Shown here: positions 30,002 through 38,530 of the stretch, in pieces
Layout of the letters: the number at the start of each line of letters is the position of its first letter
How positions within the stretch are numbered: the stretch's first letter is position 1
From: Acetobacteraceae bacterium
Lineage (GTDB): Bacteria > Pseudomonadota > Alphaproteobacteria > Acetobacterales > Acetobacteraceae
Direction of reading: 5' to 3'
DNA length: 64,000 nucleotides
Assembly (NCBI GenBank): GCA_027326105.1
Contig: DAHWFB010000114.1
Coordinates: 33,365-97,364, forward strand
Position numbers and translations under genes: made by a program
The notes under the pieces: model-generated
What the model saw: only the letters and a program-made list of their open reading frames with translations
Told to the model about the DNA's origin: nothing
Databases searched by the model: none

Positions 30002-31033
30002 TTGCGCGCCATGCTCCTCCGGCGCCCGCGGGAACCGCTGGTGGCGGTCTCGCTCCCCGATCCGCAGCCCGGGCCGGGGCAGGTGCGGGTGCGGGTCGGC
30101 GCCTGCGCGGTCTGCCGCACCGATCTGCACATTATCGACGGCGAACTCCCCGACCCTCGCCTGCCGCTGATCCCCGGCCATGAGATCGTCGGGCGCGTGG
30201 ATGCGCTCGGCGCCGGCGTGCAGGGGCTCACCCGCGGCGAGCGCGTCGGCATTCCCTGGCTGGGGTGGAGTTGCGGGCTCTGCCGCTATTGCCGTTCGGG
30301 GAGGGAAAACCTCTGCCCCGAGGCGCGCTTCACCGGCTACCGGATCGACGGGGGCTACGCCGAATACGCGGTAGCGGACGCGCGCTACGTCTTGCCCATC
30401 CCCGGCCGCTATTCCGACGCCGCCGCCGCACCCCTGCTCTGCGCCGGGCTGATCGGCTATCGCACCCTGCGGGCGGCGGGCGAAGCGGCGACGGTCGGGA
30501 TCTGGGGTTTCGGAGCGGCGGCGCACATCGTCATCCAGATCGCCCGCCACGAGGGGCGGCGCGTCTTCGCCTTCACCCGCCCGGGGGACGGGGCGGCGCA
30601 GGCGTTCGCCCGCCGTCTCGGCGCGGTCTGGGCGGGTGGCTCGGACGAGGCGGCGCCCGAGACCCTCGACGCCGCCCTGATCTTCGCCCCGGTCGGCGCC
30701 CTGGTGCCGGCGGCACTGCGCGCGGTGGCGCCGGGCGGTGTCGTGGTCTGCGGCGGCATCCACATGAGCGACATTCCCGCCTTTCCCTACCAGTGGCTGT
30801 GGGGGGAGCGGGTGATCCGCTCGGTCGCCAACCTCACCCGCCGCGACGGTGAGGAGTTCCTGGCGCTGGCCCCCACCATCCCGATCGTGACCGAGACCGA
30901 GGCGTTTCCGCTCGAATCGGCCAACGAGGCGCTGGCGCGACTGCGCGGGGGCCGCCTCACCGGGGCGGCGGTGCTTGCGCCGGATCTTCCCGCCAGCGAT
31001 AGCGAAAGTCGCAGCAGCGCGCGCCGCCCATGA
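30002..31033 (+). CDS. Zinc-binding alcohol dehydrogenase family protein
   Basis: It contains VCRTDLHIIDG, GHEIVGRV and the structural-zinc loop CGLCRYCRSGRENLC. The TTG start at 30002 lies 6 nt after GGAGG and gives the family-typical M-RAMLL N-terminus. Confidence 0.9.
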   Translation: MRAMLLRRPREPLVAVSLPDPQPGPGQVRVRVGACAVCRTDLHIIDGELPDPRLPLIPGHEIVGRVDALGAGVQGLTRGERVGIPWLGWSCGLCRYCRSGRENLCPEARFTGYRIDGGYAEYAVADARYVLPIPGRYSDAAAAPLLCAGLIGYRTLRAAGEAATVGIWGFGAAAHIVIQIARHEGRRVFAFTRPGDGAAQAFARRLGAVWAGGSDEAAPETLDAALIFAPVGALVPAALRAVAPGGVVVCGGIHMSDIPAFPYQWLWGERVIRSVANLTRRDGEEFLALAPTIPIVTETEAFPLESANEALARLRGGRLTGAAVLAPDLPASDSESRSSARRP

Positions 31034-31454
31034 TGGTGGTGGTGCGGCGGAGTTCGAGTTCGCGGGCATAGCCCTCGGAGAAGGCGGCGTCGCGGTTGCA
31101 GGACAGGATCGCACCGAGCTCGGCGAGTCCGAGGGCGCGATACATCTCGGCATAGGCGCAGGCGGTGACATCGAAGGCCAGTTCGCCCGCGCCCGCTTCG
31201 CGCGGGGTGGCTTCGAGCGCCCCGCCTTCCCGCCATTGGGCGATCACGGTCGCGAAATGGGCGAGCGAGGGCGCCGGCGCCTCGGCGGCGAAGGAGGCGC
31301 CTGCCTCGCGGGCGGCGCGGCGGACGGCACGGGCGACAATTTCGTGCGCCCGTTCGGACCCCAGCGCAGCGTCCAGTTCGGCGAGGATCGCGCGGGCGAA
31401 CTCGGCCTCGATGCGGCGGCGGGCGAGCAATGGAACCGCCGCCGGGCCGCTCAC
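30957..31454 (-). CDS. L-2-amino-thiazoline-4-carboxylic acid hydrolase family protein
   Basis: The C-terminal block ILSCNRDAAFSEGY...LRRTTTIMGGARCCDFRY is characteristic of that family. The start is uncertain: GTG 31454 lies just after the upstream stop, while ATG 31505 overlaps the upstream gene by 47 nt. Confidence 0.6.
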   Translation of the reverse strand: MSGPAAVPLLARRRIEAEFARAILAELDAALGSERAHEIVARAVRRAAREAGASFAAEAPAPSLAHFATVIAQWREGGALEATPREAGAGELAFDVTACAYAEMYRALGLAELGAILSCNRDAAFSEGYARELELRRTTTIMGGARCCDFRYRWREDPAQAPPPR

Positions 31455-31458
31455 GATG

Positions 31459-32649
31459 CTACCCCTGCGCGGCGGGCGAGAGCACGATGCAGCCGGTGCG
31501 TCCATGGGCCAGCGTCCGGCAGGCGTCGATCGCGGCGGAACGCGAGAGACCGACCATCCGGGCGCGCCAGAAGATGCCGTTGTGCAGCCGCACGCTCATC
31601 ACCACCGGATGGGCGGCGAGCAGCGTGCTCCGCGCCTCGGCGGATGCCTCGATCACCGCGAGATGGGCCTCGGTCGCGTTGGCGTAAGCACCGACCTGGA
31701 TCGCCCAGGAGCCGGAGAGCGGCCCGCCCGGACGCAGCGGGAGCGTGTCCGCCATCGCCGGGCTGATCAGCCGGAACCCAGCCGAAGGCGGCGGCGCAGG
31801 GCGGCGCGGCGGCAGGAAGGACGCGGGAGCGGGGCGGGCGGGGACGTAGCGGGGCGGAGCCGGAAGTGCTGCCATGCGCACCGGTGCCACCGGCGCGATG
31901 GGCCGCGGCGCGGGCGCCCGCACCGGCGCCGGCCGCGCCTGGGCGAAGCGCGGCCCCGGCGGGATGACGGCGGGCACCTGCGTCATGGCGTACTGGTCGG
32001 CCGGCGAACGCTGCGCCGGGTAGATCCCGCGGATGCGGGGCGCGATCATCGCGACATAGCGCCGCGTCTCGTCGGGCAGGGCCACGTGGCCGTCGAGATA
32101 TTCGTTCATCCGCTCCGGCCCCGCGTTGTAGGCGGCGAGGAAGCCGGGGCTGCCGAAGAGATCATACATCTCGCGGATATAGGCCGCGCCCGCCATGATG
32201 TTGTTCTGCGGATCGTAGGGGTCGCGCCCGAGCCCATATTGCAGGCGCAGGGTCTCGTAGGTATCGGGCATGACCTGCATCAGCCCCATCGCCCCGGCGG
32301 GCGAGGTGGTGAGCTGGCCGTTGAGATATTCGTGCCCGCCGGATTCGACATGCATCACGGCGCGGATCCAGGGCGCGGGGATGTCGAACCGGTTGGACGC
32401 CTGGTCGATGTAGGGTCCCCAGGGATCGCCCGCCGGGCCGGGACGGTAGTAGCCGCCGCGCGGCGCGGAGGCCGCGAAATGGGCGGCCTGGACCTGGGCG
32501 CTGACCTGCGGGCCGCGGCTGGCGCAGGCCGAAAGTGCGGCGAGCGCCGCGGCCGCGGCGAACAGACGCAAGGCCGGCACGCGGCGGGGCGATGTGGCGG
32601 GGCGAGAGCGGGCGGCAGGGCGGGGCATCTCGGGGGGCGCAGGGTGCAT
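31459..32649 (-). CDS. Lytic transglycosylase (SLT domain) with C-terminal SPOR domain, probable lipoprotein
   Basis: The SLT catalytic block reads VMHVESGGHEY...GAMGLMQVMPDTY...AYNAGP. A Pro-rich linker follows, then a SPOR-like end WAIQVGAYANATEAHLA...IFWRARMVGLSRSAAIDACRTL, and the lipobox is LAALSAC. The start is uncertain (ATGs at 32679, 32649 and 32628; TTG at 32748). Confidence 0.85.
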   Translation of the reverse strand: MHPAPPEMPRPAARSRPATSPRRVPALRLFAAAAALAALSACASRGPQVSAQVQAAHFAASAPRGGYYRPGPAGDPWGPYIDQASNRFDIPAPWIRAVMHVESGGHEYLNGQLTTSPAGAMGLMQVMPDTYETLRLQYGLGRDPYDPQNNIMAGAAYIREMYDLFGSPGFLAAYNAGPERMNEYLDGHVALPDETRRYVAMIAPRIRGIYPAQRSPADQYAMTQVPAVIPPGPRFAQARPAPVRAPAPRPIAPVAPVRMAALPAPPRYVPARPAPASFLPPRRPAPPPSAGFRLISPAMADTLPLRPGGPLSGSWAIQVGAYANATEAHLAVIEASAEARSTLLAAHPVVMSVRLHNGIFWRARMVGLSRSAAIDACRTLAHGRTGCIVLSPAAQG

Positions 32650-32931
32650 CCGGCGGGAACTCCGTCTTGTCGTGGGCATGGTCGGGTCGCCGGGCACACG
32701 GGACAAACCCGCACCCCCGGCCTGTCGGCTAAGAGTATCGTTCAGCAAAGGTTGCTAAGCCCCTTATCCGAATGACCCGACGATTGCAAGAACTTCCCGG
32801 CCCCGTGCCGCGGGGCGGACTCGACATCTTCGCCGGTGATGCCAGCTGTGCTAGAGCGGGGGCAGGAGTGCGGCCGCGGCCGGCATCACGAACAGGCAGG
32901 GCGGGCGGCGACGCGGGCAGGGAGGGGTCGG

Positions 32932-33429
32932 ATGGAGAGAGGATCGGGGTACCGGCGCAGCCGATGGGCGGCACGCACGGTCGGGGCGGTGGCGGGGCTC
33001 TCGCTGCTCGCGGCATTGGCCGGCTGCGCGCCTGCCTACACCAACTCCACCTATGCCGCGCCGCAGATCGGGCAGGCGGCGCCGGTCAGCTATGGCGTCA
33101 TCGTCTCGATGCGCCCGGTGGTGGTGCGCACGCCCAACAACGGCGTCGGCATGCTCGCCGGGGCGGCCGCGGGTGGGGCGGCGGGCAGCTTCATCGGCGG
33201 CGACCCGCGCTCGAACATCCTCGGCGGCATCGGCGGCGCGGTGGTGTGCGGGCTGCTCGGCAACGCCATCCAGAACCAGGTGAGCACCGGCCAGGCGGTG
33301 GAGTTCCTCATCCGCGAGGACAACGGGCAACTGATCTCGGTGGTGCAGACCAACGAGAATGGATTCGTCCCCGGCCAGCGGGTGGCGATCATCCACGGAC
33401 CTGAGACGAGGCTGGCACCAGCCGGCTGA
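32932..33429 (+). CDS. Glycine-zipper (SlyB/Pcp-like) outer membrane lipoprotein
   Basis: ATG 32932 lies 6 nt after GGAGG. The lipobox is LAALAGC and the glycine-zipper stretch is GMLAGAAAGGAAGSFIGG...GGIGGAVVCGLLG. Confidence 0.75.
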   Translation: MERGSGYRRSRWAARTVGAVAGLSLLAALAGCAPAYTNSTYAAPQIGQAAPVSYGVIVSMRPVVVRTPNNGVGMLAGAAAGGAAGSFIGGDPRSNILGGIGGAVVCGLLGNAIQNQVSTGQAVEFLIREDNGQLISVVQTNENGFVPGQRVAIIHGPETRLAPAG

Positions 33430-33478
33430 GCGCGCCCGGTTGCAGCCGGGCAGGCCATGCTGTAGAGGCCCGGCCGCG

Positions 33479-34357
33479 ATGTCTGCGCTCGCCCCCGAAC
33501 ATGCCCTCGCCCCCGCGCCGCCCACCCCGCCGCCCGTGGTGCTCGATCTGCGCTCCGGCCTCGGCTTCGCCGCGCGCCAGCGCAGCGCGGTGCAGGATTT
33601 CGCCGAGGCGCTGCGCTATCGCCGGCTGGTGTGGACGTTGGGCTCGCTCGACATCCGCCTGCGCTACCGGGGCTCCGCCCTCGGCCCGTTCTGGCTGACG
33701 CTTTCGACCGCGATCATGGTCGCAGCACTGGGGCTGATCTACTCCCGCCTCCTGCATGAGGACCTGCACAGCTACCTGCCGTATCTGGCGCTTTCCATGG
33801 TGCTGTGGAACTTCGTCAACACCCTGGTCGCCGAGGCCTGCCTCACCTTCACCCAGGCGGAGATGCTGGTACGCTCCCTGCGCATGCCCTTCGCGGTGCA
33901 TGCGGCACGGGTGGTGGTGCGCAACGTGCTGGTGCTGGGGCACAACGTGCTGGTCATCGTGCTGGTGCTCGCGATCTTCCGGGTGGTGCCAGGCCCGGGC
34001 GCGCTGCTCGCGATTCCCGCCTTCGGGCTCTGGCTGGTGGACGCCTTCGCGCTCTGCCTGCTGCTCGGCGCCTTCTGTGCCCGCTTCCGCGACATCCCGC
34101 CGATCGTCGCCAGCGTGATGCAGATCGCCTTCTTCGTCAGCCCGATCATCTGGCGGCCAGGCTTGCTGCACCACGCCGCCTGGATCCTGCCGTTCAACCC
34201 GTTCTACACGCTGTTCGAAATCCTCCGCGGGCCGGTTCTCGGCAATCTTCCCGGCCGCCTCGTCTGGGCCAGCGCGCTCGGCTACTCGGCGGTACTGCTC
34301 GCCGCCGCCTGGCTGCTCTTCGTCCGCGTGCGCGGGCGCATCGCCTTCTGGCTTTGA
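33479..34357 (+). CDS. ABC-2 type polysaccharide/O-antigen export permease (Wzm/KpsM-like)
   Basis: The internal ATG at 33479 opens a six-TM ABC-2 architecture with the N-terminal RYRGSALGPFWLTL motif. A Wzt-like ATPase gene follows directly. Confidence 0.8.
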   Translation: MSALAPEHALAPAPPTPPPVVLDLRSGLGFAARQRSAVQDFAEALRYRRLVWTLGSLDIRLRYRGSALGPFWLTLSTAIMVAALGLIYSRLLHEDLHSYLPYLALSMVLWNFVNTLVAEACLTFTQAEMLVRSLRMPFAVHAARVVVRNVLVLGHNVLVIVLVLAIFRVVPGPGALLAIPAFGLWLVDAFALCLLLGAFCARFRDIPPIVASVMQIAFFVSPIIWRPGLLHHAAWILPFNPFYTLFEILRGPVLGNLPGRLVWASALGYSAVLLAAAWLLFVRVRGRIAFWL

Positions 34358-34368
34358 GGGGCGGCGCG

Positions 34369-35148
34369 ATGGCGACAGTGCAGGCGGAAGAACTCGCCAT
34401 CGAATTCCCGCTCTATCACGCCAGCGCGCGCAGCCTGAAGAAGACGGTGCTCGCCGCCGCCTCCGGCAGGCTGGGGCAGGATACCCAGCACCGGGTGGTG
34501 GTGCAGGCGTTGCGCGACATCTCCTTCCGGCTCGAAAGCGGCGATCGGATGGCGCTGATCGGGCAGAACGGGGCGGGCAAGACCACGCTGTTGCGTGCGC
34601 TCGCCGGGGTCTACGAGCCGACGCGAGGGCGGGTGCGCATCCGCGGCACCGTCAACGCCCTGCTCGACCCCTCGCTGGGGATGAACCCCGAACTGACCGG
34701 GCGGGAAAACGTCATGCTGCGCGGGCTCTATGCCGGGCTCGACGCGCGCGGCATCGCCCGGCTCGAGGAGGACGTGCGCAGTTTCGCCGGCCTCGGCGAC
34801 TTCATGGAACTGCCGGTGCGCATCTATTCGAGCGGCATGTCGGTGCGCCTCGCCTTCGCGCTCGCGACCGCCATCCGCCCCGAGGTGCTGATGATGGACG
34901 AATGGTTCCTCGCCGGCGACGCCGCCTTCCTGGAGCGCGCGCGGGTGCGGCTCGAGGACATGGTGCGCGGGGCGGAGATCCTGATCCTCTCGACCCACAT
35001 GATGCCGATCGTGGAGGCGTGGTGCACGCGGGTGATCTGGATGGAGCAGGGACGGGTGCGGGCGGACGGACCGACGGCGGACGTGCTCGGCGCCTATCTC
35101 GCCGCCGACCATGCCGCGGCGGCGGCCCAGCAGGCGAACGCCGCCTAG
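34369..35148 (+). CDS. Polysaccharide/O-antigen ABC exporter ATP-binding protein (Wzt/KpsT-like, no C-terminal carbohydrate-binding domain)
   Basis: The internal ATG at 34369 opens a 259-aa product with Walker A GQNGAGKTTLL, signature YSSGMSVRLAFA and Walker B LMMDE. Confidence 0.85.
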   Translation: MATVQAEELAIEFPLYHASARSLKKTVLAAASGRLGQDTQHRVVVQALRDISFRLESGDRMALIGQNGAGKTTLLRALAGVYEPTRGRVRIRGTVNALLDPSLGMNPELTGRENVMLRGLYAGLDARGIARLEEDVRSFAGLGDFMELPVRIYSSGMSVRLAFALATAIRPEVLMMDEWFLAGDAAFLERARVRLEDMVRGAEILILSTHMMPIVEAWCTRVIWMEQGRVRADGPTADVLGAYLAADHAAAAAQQANAA

Positions 35149-35276
35149 CGCTTCGACTCGATCCGCTCGTTCAGGAGCCTCGGAGCACTGGCTTGATTTC
35201 GCGGACCGGCGCAGCCAGCCCACTGAGGCGCGCGGCGGCCTTGGGCAGCTCGCTGGCCGTCAGACCCGCGGCCGGG

Positions 35277-35308
35277 CTGGAAATTCTTCCGACACCCTCT
35301 GGAAATTC
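35277..35308 (+). promoter_or_regulatory. Direct repeat CTGGAAATTC x2 (22-bp spacing) upstream of doxX-ygiD
   Basis: Copies lie at 35277-35286 and 35299-35308, with a further GAATT at 35319-35323. They sit 66-97 nt upstream of the doxX start codons. Confidence 0.35.
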
Positions 35309-35373
35309 ATTCACTATCGAATTATGTCCGGTGCAGTCCGGCGGGATGCCGGCATCCGGAACCGTTCTTCGGG

Positions 35374-35820
35374 ATGGCTTCACCACAAGGGATCAGTGCC
35401 ATGATCGATGCCAAGACCGCGCCCTACGGCGCATTGCTGCTGCGCCTGGTTTCGGGCGCCTTCTTCCTGGTTCACGCCGGGCTCAAGATCTTTGTCTTCA
35501 CCCCGGCCGGAACGGCGATGTTCTTCACCAAGCTCGGCCTGCCGGGACCGCTCGCCTATGCGGTGATCGCGCTCGAACTGCTGGGTGGAATCGCGCTGAT
35601 CCTGGGCGTCGCGGTGCGGCCGGTGGCGGTGCTGCTCGCCGCCGACCTGCTCGGCGCGATCGTCTTCGTGCACATCCATAATGGATTCTTTTTCAATGAC
35701 CCCAATGGCGGCTGGGAGTATCCGTTTTTCTGGATGGCGGCGCTGCTTGCCCAGGCGCTGATCGGGCCGGGTGCCCATGCGCTCGGCTCGATGCGCGTGA
35801 CCGCGGAACACGCCGCCTGA
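35374..35820 (+). CDS. DoxX family membrane protein
   Basis: It has four hydrophobic segments, and YGALLLRLVSGAFFLVHAGLKIF is a typical DoxX N-terminus. An alternative ATG lies at 35401. Confidence 0.8.
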   Translation: MASPQGISAMIDAKTAPYGALLLRLVSGAFFLVHAGLKIFVFTPAGTAMFFTKLGLPGPLAYAVIALELLGGIALILGVAVRPVAVLLAADLLGAIVFVHIHNGFFFNDPNGGWEYPFFWMAALLAQALIGPGAHALGSMRVTAEHAA

Positions 35821-35832
35821 AGGAGAAGAGCG

Positions 35833-36615
35833 ATGCTGCCCAGCCTCTTCATCAGCCACGGCGCGCCCACGCTGCCGCTCTCGCCCTCGCCGGCGCGGGA
35901 GTTCCTGGCGGGGCTGGGCCGCGTCCTGCCGCGCCCGCGCGCGATCCTCGCGGTTTCCGCCCACTGGGAAACCCCCACTCCCGCGGTCAACGAGGTCGCG
36001 GTCAACGACACCATCCATGATTTCTACGGCTTCCCGCGCGCGCTCTACGATATCCGCTACCCGGCGCCGGGCGGGCGGGAGTTGGCCGAGCGGGTGCGCA
36101 AGCTGCTCGGCGCGAAGGGGGTTACGGTCGGCGTCGATCCCACGCGCGGGCTCGACCACGGCGCCTGGGTGCCGCTTCTTCTGATGTATCCGGAGGCGGA
36201 CATTCCCGTGGTGCAGCTTTCGGTGCAGACCAATCTCGGCCCCGCCCACCATCTCGCCCTCGGCCGCGCGCTCGCGCCGCTGCTGGCGGAGGAGGTGCTG
36301 GTGCTGGGCAGCGGCTCTTTCACCCATGATCTTTCCCGCTTCCGCTACCACCGCCCGGACGATCCCTCGCCGCCCGACGTCGCCGCCTTCGCCGACTGGT
36401 TCGACGAGGGGCTGCGCGCGGCACGGGTGGAACAACTGCTCGACTATCGCCGGCAGGCGCCCTACGCGGTGCAGAACCACCCGACCGAGGAGCATCTCCT
36501 GCCGGTCTTCGTCGCGCTGGGCGCAGCGGGCGCCGAACCCACGGCGGAGCGGCTGCATTCCAGCGCGGCGTTCGGGGTCATCCGCATGGACGCGTACGCC
36601 TTCCGCCCGGCGTAG
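35833..36615 (+). CDS. ygiD: 4,5-DOPA dioxygenase extradiol-like class III extradiol dioxygenase
   Basis: The blocks LFISHGAPT, AILAVSAHWET, IHDFYGFPRALYDIRYPAPG and GLDHGAWVPL align block-wise with E. coli YgiD. AGGAG lies 7 nt upstream of the start. Confidence 0.9.
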   Translation: MLPSLFISHGAPTLPLSPSPAREFLAGLGRVLPRPRAILAVSAHWETPTPAVNEVAVNDTIHDFYGFPRALYDIRYPAPGGRELAERVRKLLGAKGVTVGVDPTRGLDHGAWVPLLLMYPEADIPVVQLSVQTNLGPAHHLALGRALAPLLAEEVLVLGSGSFTHDLSRFRYHRPDDPSPPDVAAFADWFDEGLRAARVEQLLDYRRQAPYAVQNHPTEEHLLPVFVALGAAGAEPTAERLHSSAAFGVIRMDAYAFRPA

Positions 36616-36795
36616 GGGCCGAACATCTGCGAAGTTCACGTCACGAACGCTTGAAGGGACGCGACTTCCGGCTCTATGGAATGGTCATCCGAACCATCGC
36701 CGCCTGCCAGGGGGAAAGGCGGCGAGGGGCGGGCAGGCCGGGAACGGTGTCCCGGCCGACCCTTGCCAAAGCAAACCCTCGGAGGACAGTCCCGG

Positions 36796-37347
36796 ATGAA
36801 ACTCGCCAACCCCGCACCGCTTGGCCTGACCGGCTTCGCGCTGACCACCTGGCTGCTCAGCATGGTCAACGCAGGGCTCTTGCCCGGCGCCGGCGTTCCC
36901 ATGGTGCTCGCCATGGCCTTCGCCTTCGGCGGCACCGCCCAGTTCTTCGCCGGGCTGATGGAGTTGCCCCGCGGCAACACCTTCGGCTTCGTCGCCTTCT
37001 GCTCGTACGGCGCCTTCTGGTGGTCCTTCGCGCTCTTCGTGGAGTTCTTCGCGGCCAAGGTGCCGGGCGAGATGGTCGCCTGGTATTTGCTGATCTGGGG
37101 CGCCTTCTCGTTCTACATGTGGATCGCGTCCTTCGCGCTCAACCGCACCGTGCAGCTGATCTTCCTCGCACTGTGGATCACCTTCGTCCTGCTCGCCCTG
37201 CACGCCTTCACCGGCACGGCGGCGTTCGGCATGTATGGCGGCTATCTCGGCCTCGTCACCGCGGCACTCGCCTTCTATCTGGCGGCGGCCGAGGTCATCA
37301 ACGAAACCCACGGGCGGACGGTCCTGCCCATCGGCGCGCGTAGCTGA
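36796..37347 (+). CDS. satP: Acetate/succinate transporter, GPR1/FUN34/YaaH (SatP) family
   Basis: The internal ATG at 36796 gives MKLANPAPLGLTGFALTTWLLSMVNAG...FGGTAQFFAG...NTFG, which is the family signature. Confidence 0.9.
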   Translation: MKLANPAPLGLTGFALTTWLLSMVNAGLLPGAGVPMVLAMAFAFGGTAQFFAGLMELPRGNTFGFVAFCSYGAFWWSFALFVEFFAAKVPGEMVAWYLLIWGAFSFYMWIASFALNRTVQLIFLALWITFVLLALHAFTGTAAFGMYGGYLGLVTAALAFYLAAAEVINETHGRTVLPIGARS

Positions 37348-37420
37348 GCCGGCCGGCGGGAGGGGCGTGGGCCGCTCCTCTCCCGCCGATCCACGGACCG
37401 GGCGGACGGAGGGGGCACGC

Positions 37421-38047
37421 TTGGGCCATTACAACCGCTTCGCGGGCGCCAATCTCGGGCGGCTCGAAGCGCTGAGCGACGGTCTGTTCGCGGTCGCGAT
37501 GACGCTGCTGGTCTTCGATCTGCATGCACCTGCTGCGGCGGCGATCGCACGCGCGGGCGGGCTCACCGGGGCGCTGGTGACGCTGTTGCCGCGGCTCCTG
37601 GTCTATCTGATGAGCTTCCTCACGCTCGGGATCTTCTGGGTCGGCCAGCAGACCGGGCTCAATTTCCTCGCCGCGACGGACCGCAACCTGACCTGGCTTC
37701 ATCTCGGATTCCTGTTCGCGGTCTCGCTCATGCCCTTCTCGACCGCGCTGATGGCGGGCTTCATCGCCTATCGCGCTGCACTCCTGGTCTATTGGTGCAA
37801 CATCTTCCTGCTCGGCGCGCTGCTGTTCGCGGCCTTGCGCTATGCCGCCGGCGCCGGACTCGTGCGCGCCGACGCGCCGGAGGGCGCGCACCGGGCGGTG
37901 GAGCGGCGGATCGTGATCGCCCAGGCGCTCTATGGGGTGGGCGCCGCGCTGTGCCTGTTCAGCACCTACGCCAGCATCGGCTTCATCATCCTGGTGCAAC
38001 TGAACTATGTGATCGCCCCGCGCGTATGGGGTCTTGACCGTCTTTGA
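37421..38047 (+). CDS. TMEM175/DUF1211 family potassium-channel-like membrane protein
   Basis: RLEALSDGLFAVAMTLLVFDL is the family's first-helix signature. There is no ATG upstream of it, and a TTG at 37421 lies 8 nt after GGAGG. The start is therefore tentative. Confidence 0.7.
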   Translation: MGHYNRFAGANLGRLEALSDGLFAVAMTLLVFDLHAPAAAAIARAGGLTGALVTLLPRLLVYLMSFLTLGIFWVGQQTGLNFLAATDRNLTWLHLGFLFAVSLMPFSTALMAGFIAYRAALLVYWCNIFLLGALLFAALRYAAGAGLVRADAPEGAHRAVERRIVIAQALYGVGAALCLFSTYASIGFIILVQLNYVIAPRVWGLDRL

Positions 38048-38070
38048 CCGGCCAACCCTGGAGGGAAGCG

Positions 38071-38469
38071 ATGGAATTGCGCATCACCGCGCTCTATGCC
38101 GGGCTGAACGCGCTGCTCGCGGTCGCGCTCGCGATCCGGGTGGTGCAGCAGCGGTTTCGAGGGCGGGTCCTGTTCGGCGACGGCGGGGTGCCGGAACTCG
38201 CCCGCGCCATCCGCGCGCACGCCAACAACACCGAATATGTGCCGATCGTGCTGATCCTGCTCGGAGTCCTGGAAGCCTCCGCGGCGCCGGCGTGGCTGCT
38301 GCATGCGCTGGGCGCGGCCTTCACCCTGGGCCGGCTCGCCCACGCGATCGGGCTCTCACGCTCGTCGGGGAAGTCCGCCGCGCGGGCGGGGGGCATGGTG
38401 CTGACCTGGACGGTGATGGCGATCGCCGCCCTGCTCGCGGTGGCGGCGGGGCTGGGCGGGTTTGCCTAG
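38071..38469 (+). CDS. MAPEG family membrane protein
   Basis: ATG 38071 follows GGAGGGAAG. The 132-aa product has three to four TM segments, and RVVQQRFRGRVLFGDGG...RAIRAHANNTEYVPI matches the YecN-type MAPEG pattern. Confidence 0.7.
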   Translation: MELRITALYAGLNALLAVALAIRVVQQRFRGRVLFGDGGVPELARAIRAHANNTEYVPIVLILLGVLEASAAPAWLLHALGAAFTLGRLAHAIGLSRSSGKSAARAGGMVLTWTVMAIAALLAVAAGLGGFA

Positions 38470-38474
38470 AGCAT

Positions 38475-38506
38475 TATCCGATCAGATTGAAACATCTGAT
38501 CGGATA
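38475..38506 (+). terminator. Hairpin after the MAPEG gene (13-bp perfect stem TATCCGATCAGAT / ATCTGATCGGATA, 6-nt loop)
   Basis: Read directly from the sequence, starting 6 nt after the TAG at 38467-38469. The downstream U-tract is weak (GCUCGUUUC). Confidence 0.45.
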
Positions 38507-38530
38507 GAGATGCTCGTTTCATCAAATGGA

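Noticed and set aside
35171-35386. 71-aa minus-strand ORF in the wzt-doxX spacer, considered as a remnant of a divergent regulator
   Set aside because: It has no helix-turn-helix or other recognisable motif and no ribosome-binding site. It is probably non-coding spacer.
36699-36757. Two GC-rich hairpins (GCCGCCT...AGGCGGC at 36699-36723; GGCCGGGA...TCCCGGCC at 36736-36757) between ygiD and satP, considered as a riboswitch or attenuator
   Set aside because: They resemble no riboswitch core I know and lack U-tracts. They may simply be weak terminators for ygiD, and the evidence is too thin for a feature call.
29600-38500. Mixed-orientation block of small genes after map, considered as a possible genomic island or mobile element
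   Set aside because: It has no integrase, transposase or recombinase, no flanking tRNA, no terminal direct or inverted repeats and no visible drop in GC apart from tiny sites. Its contents are ordinary membrane and metabolic genes.
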